A stretch of DNA of 64,000 bases from a virus, in IMG/VR virus record IMGVR_UViG_3300046501_000460, positions 1-64,000 of that record. The stretch is one strand, 5' to 3'. Below are positions 57,802 to 64,000 of the stretch, one piece after another. Each line of letters begins with the position of its first letter. The stretch's first letter is position 1. The translations under genes and the position numbers were made by a program. The notes beneath the pieces were generated by a model. The model was not told the DNA's origin. It did no database searches and saw nothing but the letters and a program-made list of their open reading frames with translations.

Positions 57802-60800
57802 TGAAAAGATACCGTCGCGGCGGCTTTGACATGTCGTCCTTCATGTGGACGATGATGTCGTGGGGGAAGGACAAAGAAAACGGCTACGAGGTCGAGCACG
57901 AAGGGAAAACGGTTTACATCAATTCGGGCCAGTACGGCTACGACAATACGCTCGGCCGCATGCTCGACTGCATGAAGGCTTACAGGCTGAACCCGATCGA
58001 CGTGATCCTCGTGTTCGAAGGCCAGAACAGCAAGGGCAAGCGCCTGCTGATCGACAACCAGTACAAGGGCGGCGACAAGAGTAGCCGCCCACCCGAGGCG
58101 TACGCGGAATTCGAGAAGTGCCGCGAGATGCTGAAGACGACGTTCCGCGAGCTCGGCGCCCAGCTGCTGTGGCAGGACTTCGCCGAGGGCGACGATACGC
58201 TCGGCTGGCTGGCGCACAATACCGAGGACGACCTGATCGTCTTCACGTTCGATAACGACCTGACGGTGTTGAACCTGCACCCGAACACCCACGGCGCGCG
58301 TGTCTCGACGTGGATCAACGAGATGTTCGAGTTCAACAAGTACGGCGTGTTCGACTACCACCTCGTCACCACCTATAAGGCGTTGGTCGGCGACAGCTCG
58401 GACAACATCAAGGGTTGCCCGGGTTTCGGCCCGAAGAAGTTCGAGGCGCTGTGCGAGCAGTACGGCTTCGACGGCCTGGCCGAGATCCACCAGATGCTGG
58501 TGAACAGCAACCTGTCGCCGCTGGCCGACTACATCTCAGGTCCGCAGGACAAGCTGCTGCAGATGATCCTGGACAACGCATCGCAGGTGATCCGCTGCTT
58601 CGACCTTGCGCGTATCCGCCCCGAGTGGGTGAACACCATGCGCAACCCGCTGCACTGGGAAGCCGGCATGGTGCGCCAGCTGCAGCCAACCGACCGCGAC
58701 CCGCGGCTGAAAGCCTGGTACGGCCGTACGCGGCTTATCACCGGCACCACGTTTGCCCAGGCCTGCGAGTGGGCCATGCCGCACATCGCCGCATCGCGCG
58801 AGGTGGCGCTGGACATCGAGACCTCGACGCCGGACGAGTCCGACGAGTGGCTGGCCGCGCTGGGCGACCCGGACGGCGTCGACGTGTTCGGCTCCGAGCT
58901 GACTGGCCTTGCGCTCACGTTCGGTCCGAACAACCAGTACACGCTCTACTTCTCGGTCGACCACGCCGACACGGACAACATCGCCAGCGAGGATCTGCGC
59001 CAGTTCATCGCGTCGATCCCGCAGTCGATCCCGCTCGTCATCCAGAACGTGTCGTTCGAGCTGGCTGTGCTCTTCAACGAGTGGGGCGCGCGCCAGATGG
59101 ACAACGGCTACCACGGCTTCCTGCCGAACGTGCTGGACACGAAGATCGAGGCCAACTACGTCGACGAGAACATCCCGACCGGCCTGAAGCAGCGCTCGCA
59201 CGGCACCCTGGGATACCGCCAGCAGACGTACGAAGAGACGTGCGTGATCACGGCGCACCCGTCCGAGCTGTTCAAGGGCGGCAAGTTCGTGCGCGAGGAC
59301 TACGTCTATGAGACGGTCGGCACTGGCCGTTTCGAGCCGCTGACGGCCGAAGAGGACGCCGCCGGCATCGTGCCGACCGAACTCACGAAGGTGCAGCTGA
59401 AGCTGGTACCAACTGGTGAAGTCGACGAAGCCGGCGAGCCGGTGATGGAGCCAGTCGTGGCCACCCAGACGCGCCGCTACAAGATGCGCGAGCTGCCGGC
59501 GGCCTACGTCCTTGGGTATGGCGCTGATGACACGATCTGCACGATCGCGCTGCACAACTACTACAAGCTGTTCATGCAGCTGGAGCACACGTGGGACGTG
59601 TACCGCGAGGTGGAGATCGACGCGGCCTACCAGCACGCGAAGAACTTCATCGACGGTACCGAGATTTCGGTCGCGCGCTGCAAGGCGCTCGAGCGCGAGG
59701 ACGACATCACGTACGACAACGCCTGGGAGGTGGTGCGCCAGTACCTGATCGAGCAGGGCTGGGCCGGCACGGCGCCGCCGACCTACACGATCGACATCAC
59801 GCCGGCGCAGATCAAGGAGGCGTACACGATCGTGACCGGCGAGGTGCTGGACACGATGATGCGCACGAACTCGAAGATCGTGAAGTTCATCGAGACCGAG
59901 ACGGAGCATCTGCAGTTCGCGCGCATGCTGGATCGGCTGGTGCAGGCCGGCGCGGCCGTGCGCGGCGAGAAGCACGATCTGCCGGATGGCACCGTGCCGG
60001 CCGAGATCGAGAAGGAATTCACCGCGTACGTCCGTGGCTATTTCGAGGGCGAGCCGCAGTTCAACAAGGGTTCGCCGCTGCAGATGCAACGTCTGATGTA
60101 CGGGGTGATGGGCCTGCCGATCCGTGTCCGGAACATGCCGACCGACACGATGAAGAGGGCCGGCATCCGCGAAGGCACGCCGAAGACGGACGCACTGGCC
60201 GTGGCCTACGCCTTGCAGGACTGCATGCCCGAGCAGAAGCCCGTGCTGGAAGCCCTCAAGCTGATGGGCATGGTCACGACGCGCCGCTCGCTGTATTACT
60301 CGAAGTACCCGTACTACCCGCACTGGAAGGACGGCCGCGTGCGCTCGCAGCACAATCAGGCGGCAACCGTTACGCGCCGCGCCAGCGAATCCAAGCCCAA
60401 CAAGCAGCAGCTGCCCAAGCACGCGAAGATCGAGGGGCAGGAGGCCAAGTTCCGCGAGGTGATCGTGCCGCACAAGCCGGGCGCCGTCATTGTCTCCATG
60501 GACTTCGACTCGCAGGAGATGGTGCTGATCGCATTCCAGTCGCAGGACCCGAACGCACTGTCGTGCTTCCAGGGCGAGAAGCGCAAGTCGCCGCACACCA
60601 TCACGGCGCTGGGTATCGTCCGCGAGGAGAACAAGCTCGACTGGACGTACGAGGACTACGAGGCGGCGCTGGAAAAAGCGCTGGGCGACGAGATGGCGCA
60701 CCTCGCCAAGGAGACCCGCAAGCTGGGCAAGAAGGTGAATTTCACGGCCGAATATGGCGCGATGGCCGAGAAGGTCGCCGCCACGCTCATGATCTCGGTT

Positions 60801-61385
60801 GAGCGTGCCCAGCTGTTCCTCGATGCGCGCGCGGCGATGTACCCGGTCGCCGAGCAATGGAAGGCCGCCATCCGCGAGGAGGTGAAGCAGAACGGTGTCG
60901 TCCGGACCATGGGCGGCGCTGTGCGCCATCTGGGCGACATCCTGCAGAACGGCACCAGCTTCGAGAAGAGCAAGGCCGAGCGCCAGGCTGTCAACTTCAA
61001 GGTGCAGGGCCCGGCCGGCGAGCAGACGAAGCTTGCAGAAGGTCGCATGTGGCGCGACAACCTGTCGTACGACTTCGACGCGATCTGTTACGGGCCGATT
61101 CACGATGAAGTGGTCTGGTCGGTGATGCTGGAAGACCTGTACGAGTTTCTGCCGCGCTGCCATGCGGCGATGACGGCGCCGTACGCCAACATGGACCTCG
61201 AGGTGGTGTCCACCATCTCGTTCGGCCCGAACTTCTACCGCCAGACCGAGATCGGCCCGTACCCGACCCGTGAGGCGATCGAGGCCGGCATGCTGGAGAT
61301 GCATCTGCAGATGGTCGCCCGCGGCGAGACCACGTGGGAGCAGTCGTGGATTTCGAATGATGAACAATGGAAGGAGGCAGCATGA
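57801..61385 (+). CDS. polA: Family A DNA polymerase with 5'-3' and 3'-5' exonuclease domains
   Basis: EGDD and GDSSDNIKGCPGFG (5'-3' exonuclease); LDIET, QNVSFE and YGADD (3'-5' exonuclease); DFDSQE, RKLGKKVNF..EYG and IHDE (polymerase motifs A, B, C). Confidence 0.93.
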   Translation: MKRYRRGGFDMSSFMWTMMSWGKDKENGYEVEHEGKTVYINSGQYGYDNTLGRMLDCMKAYRLNPIDVILVFEGQNSKGKRLLIDNQYKGGDKSSRPPEAYAEFEKCREMLKTTFRELGAQLLWQDFAEGDDTLGWLAHNTEDDLIVFTFDNDLTVLNLHPNTHGARVSTWINEMFEFNKYGVFDYHLVTTYKALVGDSSDNIKGCPGFGPKKFEALCEQYGFDGLAEIHQMLVNSNLSPLADYISGPQDKLLQMILDNASQVIRCFDLARIRPEWVNTMRNPLHWEAGMVRQLQPTDRDPRLKAWYGRTRLITGTTFAQACEWAMPHIAASREVALDIETSTPDESDEWLAALGDPDGVDVFGSELTGLALTFGPNNQYTLYFSVDHADTDNIASEDLRQFIASIPQSIPLVIQNVSFELAVLFNEWGARQMDNGYHGFLPNVLDTKIEANYVDENIPTGLKQRSHGTLGYRQQTYEETCVITAHPSELFKGGKFVREDYVYETVGTGRFEPLTAEEDAAGIVPTELTKVQLKLVPTGEVDEAGEPVMEPVVATQTRRYKMRELPAAYVLGYGADDTICTIALHNYYKLFMQLEHTWDVYREVEIDAAYQHAKNFIDGTEISVARCKALEREDDITYDNAWEVVRQYLIEQGWAGTAPPTYTIDITPAQIKEAYTIVTGEVLDTMMRTNSKIVKFIETETEHLQFARMLDRLVQAGAAVRGEKHDLPDGTVPAEIEKEFTAYVRGYFEGEPQFNKGSPLQMQRLMYGVMGLPIRVRNMPTDTMKRAGIREGTPKTDALAVAYALQDCMPEQKPVLEALKLMGMVTTRRSLYYSKYPYYPHWKDGRVRSQHNQAATVTRRASESKPNKQQLPKHAKIEGQEAKFREVIVPHKPGAVIVSMDFDSQEMVLIAFQSQDPNALSCFQGEKRKSPHTITALGIVREENKLDWTYEDYEAALEKALGDEMAHLAKETRKLGKKVNFTAEYGAMAEKVAATLMISVERAQLFLDARAAMYPVAEQWKAAIREEVKQNGVVRTMGGAVRHLGDILQNGTSFEKSKAERQAVNFKVQGPAGEQTKLAEGRMWRDNLSYDFDAICYGPIHDEVVWSVMLEDLYEFLPRCHAAMTAPYANMDLEVVSTISFGPNFYRQTEIGPYPTREAIEAGMLEMHLQMVARGETTWEQSWISNDEQWKEAA

Positions 61386-61666
61386 AGGCAGCAGTAACGA
61401 AGGACGAAGTGTTCACCCTGACCGTCGGCGACGTGAAGTTTGCAGACATGCGCGCCGTGTCGCGATGGGAAGGCCTGACGAAGCTGCAGAACGGCCGCGG
61501 CGAGGCGCTGGTCGTGTCAGGTCTCGGCGACGGCCGCAGCTTCGGCGCCGCGTTCGACACGATCTTCGGCGGCATCTTCCGCACCGGAGACCAGACTGAC
61601 GAGGCTGGCGTGCTGATCGTGATGGGCTCGCCGTGCCTGCTCGCGCAGATGAGGGAGAAAATATGA
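61382..61666 (+). CDS. Hypothetical protein
   Basis: Coupled ATGA start. Confidence 0.6.
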   Translation: MKAAVTKDEVFTLTVGDVKFADMRAVSRWEGLTKLQNGRGEALVVSGLGDGRSFGAAFDTIFGGIFRTGDQTDEAGVLIVMGSPCLLAQMREKI

Positions 61667-62013
61667 GGGACCTTGTCGCACTGGCGGTCGCCCGAACCTT
61701 GGGCGTCTCGTCGAAGATGATCTTCGGCTGGGAGCTGAACGCGCTGCAGCGCGGCATTCGCGGTGCACCGGGCATGCTGGAGACGCAGTTACAGGTTCAC
61801 CTGTTCAGCGACCTAGAGATGCTGCGCCGGCTCCAGAACGGCGAGCGGCGCGGCAGCTGGGCGCTACACGGCGTTAGCGCGGAGGCGGGCGGTCCGCTGG
61901 ATGTTCCAGCGCGACTCGATGTCGTGCTCCTGTACGGTAAGGAGACGCAGCACATCTTCAAGGCGCTGGCGCAGCAGATGGTTTACCGCAAACCGGCGAA
62001 GCGCCGGAAATAA
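61663..62013 (+). CDS. Hypothetical protein
   Basis: Coupled ATGA start. Confidence 0.55.
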   Translation: MRDLVALAVARTLGVSSKMIFGWELNALQRGIRGAPGMLETQLQVHLFSDLEMLRRLQNGERRGSWALHGVSAEAGGPLDVPARLDVVLLYGKETQHIFKALAQQMVYRKPAKRRK

Positions 62014-62061
62014 CAACCCCGCCCGGCCGCCGCGCCGGGCACAACCCTGAAAGGAAATGCC

Positions 62062-62349
62062 GTGGGAATTTCTTACGAGGCCAAACTGATCGTCGGCCTG
62101 CCGCAGGACGAGATTGAGTGTGACGACGAAGACCGGCGCGAGGACCTGCTGGAGGAGCTGGACCGCGCGTCCAGCCATTACGATTGCGACAGCGACGCCC
62201 GGATTTCTGGCATCGAGATTGAGCATTCCGGCGATTACAGCTTCAAGGAGATCACGCTCGACTGGGCAAAAATTGAAGCGGCCAAGGCTCGATTCCGCGA
62301 GCTGACTGGTCAGGAAGGCAGGCTGTACCTCTCACTGCACAGCAGCTGA
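62062..62349 (+). CDS. Hypothetical acidic protein
   Basis: AAAGGAA RBS, GTG start. Confidence 0.65.
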   Translation: MGISYEAKLIVGLPQDEIECDDEDRREDLLEELDRASSHYDCDSDARISGIEIEHSGDYSFKEITLDWAKIEAAKARFRELTGQEGRLYLSLHSS

Positions 62350-62375
62350 TTACAAAACCACCCTGAAAGGCAAGC

Positions 62376-62588
62376 ATGAAACGAGAAATCACCATCACCA
62401 TCGACGGCCCGGCAGGCGCCGGCAAGACCACGCTGGCGCGCTACCTAGCCACCGACTTGAAGATCCGCCACGGCGTGCAGGTCAAACTGATCGACGACGG
62501 CAACCGCCCTGTGTCGGTCCCGGACGTGCACGAAACGCTGGAAAACTACTTCGACGCCAACGTCACCATCATCGTGGAGCAAAAATAA
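62376..62588 (+). CDS. Miniature P-loop protein
   Basis: ITIDGPAGAGKTTLARYLA, an NMP-kinase-like Walker A, in only 70 aa. Confidence 0.7.
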   Translation: MKREITITIDGPAGAGKTTLARYLATDLKIRHGVQVKLIDDGNRPVSVPDVHETLENYFDANVTIIVEQK

Positions 62589-63130
62589 TGCCGGAGGCGA
62601 CACCGAAACGCTTGACCTTAGAGCAGCTGAAATCGTGGCTTGATTACTGCCCCGACACCGGCGTGTTCACGTGGCGGTGTCGCCGCGGCCGGCAGGCGGC
62701 TGGCAGTATTGCTGGCCGGCCGCACAAGTCGGAAGGCGGCAAGCTGTATTGGGCTGTCCGCGTCGGGGGCGAGCAGATCCTTGCGCATCGATTGGCATGG
62801 TTCTATGTGGCGGGGCGCTGGCCTTCAGCTGAAATCGATCACGAGGACGGCAACGGCCAGAACAACAGCTTTGTCAATCTGAAGGAAGCGACACGCCTCA
62901 GTAACAGCAAGAATCTGTCACTTCACCGGAAGTCTCGGACCGGAGTGACAGGCGTCCGGCCCCGACCAGGAGGTCGTTTTGAAGCCGCGATCTTCTGTAA
63001 CGGGCAGCATCATCACCTGGGCATGCATGACACATTCGACGCGGCAGTTGCCGCGCGTCGAAAGGCTGAGCAGGACCTTAATTTTCATCCACACCACGGG
63101 AACCTCCCGCAATCTGAAAGAAGAAGATGA
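62588..63130 (+). CDS. HNH-AP2 homing endonuclease
   Basis: LDYCPDTGVFTW, AHRLAWFY, EIDHEDGNGQNNSFVNL and AP2-like HLGMHDTFDAAVAARRKAE. Confidence 0.9.
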   Translation: MPEATPKRLTLEQLKSWLDYCPDTGVFTWRCRRGRQAAGSIAGRPHKSEGGKLYWAVRVGGEQILAHRLAWFYVAGRWPSAEIDHEDGNGQNNSFVNLKEATRLSNSKNLSLHRKSRTGVTGVRPRPGGRFEAAIFCNGQHHHLGMHDTFDAAVAARRKAEQDLNFHPHHGNLPQSERRR

Positions 63131-63996
63131 CCTTCAAACCTCTCCTGGCCGTCGAGGCCGACTTCGACATCCTGACCTACCCTAAGCTGGCCAGCATTAA
63201 GCTGGACGGCATCCGCTGCGTCATCGTCGACGGTCAGGCCGTGACGCGCAGCCTGAAGCCGATCCCGAACGCGCACATCCGCGGCATCCTGTCGCGTGCC
63301 GAGCTGGACGGCCTGGACGGCGAGATTCTGTGCGCTGAGCCGACCGACCCGGACTGCTACCGGAAGACCAACAGCGCCGTCATGGGGCGCGACGGCGAGC
63401 CGGAATTCACCTTCTACGTGTTCGACAAACACGACGAGGCGGCTGACTTCCGCGAGCGTCTCGGCCGTGCCCACGACCTAGTGCAACGTCTCGGCGGCTG
63501 CCTCCTGCTGCTGGAACACACTGTCGTCACCTGCAAGGAGGAACTTGACGAGTTCGAGCAGCAGGCTGTTGATGCTGGCCACGAAGGCATCATGCTGCGC
63601 TGCCCGCAGGGCCGATATAAGCAGGGCCGCTCGACAGCGAAAGAGCAGATCCTGCTTAAGGTGAAGCGTTTCGTTGATGGCGAGGCCGAGGTGATCGGCG
63701 TGCAGGAGGAGATGGCCAACATGAACGAAGCGACGAAGAACGCCTTGGGCCAGACCGAGCGCTCGTCACATGCTGCCGGCAAGGTGGGCAAGGGTACGAT
63801 GGGCGCGCTGCTGGTGCGTGACCTGATGACCGGCGTCGAATTTTCGATCGGTAGCGGCTTCACCCGGGCCGATCGCGAGGCGGGTTGGCCGGTCGGCACG
63901 CTCGTGAAGTACAAGTCGTTCCCGGTCGGCGTGAAGGACAAGCCGCGCTTTCCGATTTTTCTCGGTCTCCGCTCGCGCGAAGACATGGCAGCCTAA
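63127..63996 (+). CDS. ATP-dependent DNA ligase
   Basis: KLDGIR, LDGE, FYVFD, EGIMLR, LLKVK, GSGF and PRFP motifs. Confidence 0.95.
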   Translation: MTFKPLLAVEADFDILTYPKLASIKLDGIRCVIVDGQAVTRSLKPIPNAHIRGILSRAELDGLDGEILCAEPTDPDCYRKTNSAVMGRDGEPEFTFYVFDKHDEAADFRERLGRAHDLVQRLGGCLLLLEHTVVTCKEELDEFEQQAVDAGHEGIMLRCPQGRYKQGRSTAKEQILLKVKRFVDGEAEVIGVQEEMANMNEATKNALGQTERSSHAAGKVGKGTMGALLVRDLMTGVEFSIGSGFTRADREAGWPVGTLVKYKSFPVGVKDKPRFPIFLGLRSREDMAA

Positions 63997-64000
63997 CCAT

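Noticed and set aside
59230-59480. About 85-aa acidic insertion in the polymerase 3'-5' exonuclease domain, considered as an intein
   Set aside because: No intein block pattern and no C-terminal His-Asn; more likely a variable loop.
1-64000. Prophage or lysogeny module
   Set aside because: No integrase, repressor pair, att site or host genes were seen in this window, so lifestyle cannot be determined.

Overview
The window is about 64 kb of a high-GC, tailed dsDNA phage genome (siphovirus-like). No integrase, lysis genes, tRNA or CRISPR were seen. From 1 to 15.3 kb the minus strand carries the morphogenesis genes: TerS, TerL, portal, S49 protease, scaffold, decoration, major capsid, head-tail joining genes, tail tube, frameshifted tail chaperones and the start of the tape measure gene. 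A non-coding AT-rich divergence point at 15.3-15.8 kb is the probable packaging or terminus region. From 15.8 to 64 kb the plus strand carries dozens of small coupled early ORFs, then the DNA metabolism and replication genes: RadC-like, exonucleases, RdgC, C5 methyltransferase, dCMP deaminase, SF2 helicase, primase-helicase, MazG, dNTP diphosphohydrolase, TraR, a PolA with its own 5'-3' exonuclease, and a ligase. Several homing-endonuclease-type genes are scattered throughout. Four features stand out. (1) A nested methyltransferase locus in which the beta subunit and a complete HNH nuclease are encoded in the +1 frame inside the still-open alpha-subunit ORF. (2) A ~700-nt densely base-paired non-coding leader with repeated boxA-like motifs at the head of the long early operon. 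(3) An antisense, late-promoter-driven virion-fibre island whose large protein has nine exactly 20-aa-spaced repeats and nine 9-aa repeats, suggesting a ruler for a donor-strand-assembled filament. (4) An array of FadR/PdhR-type TGGTCnGACCA boxes next to the putative terminus. All product calls come from motif recognition by eye; no database search was run.
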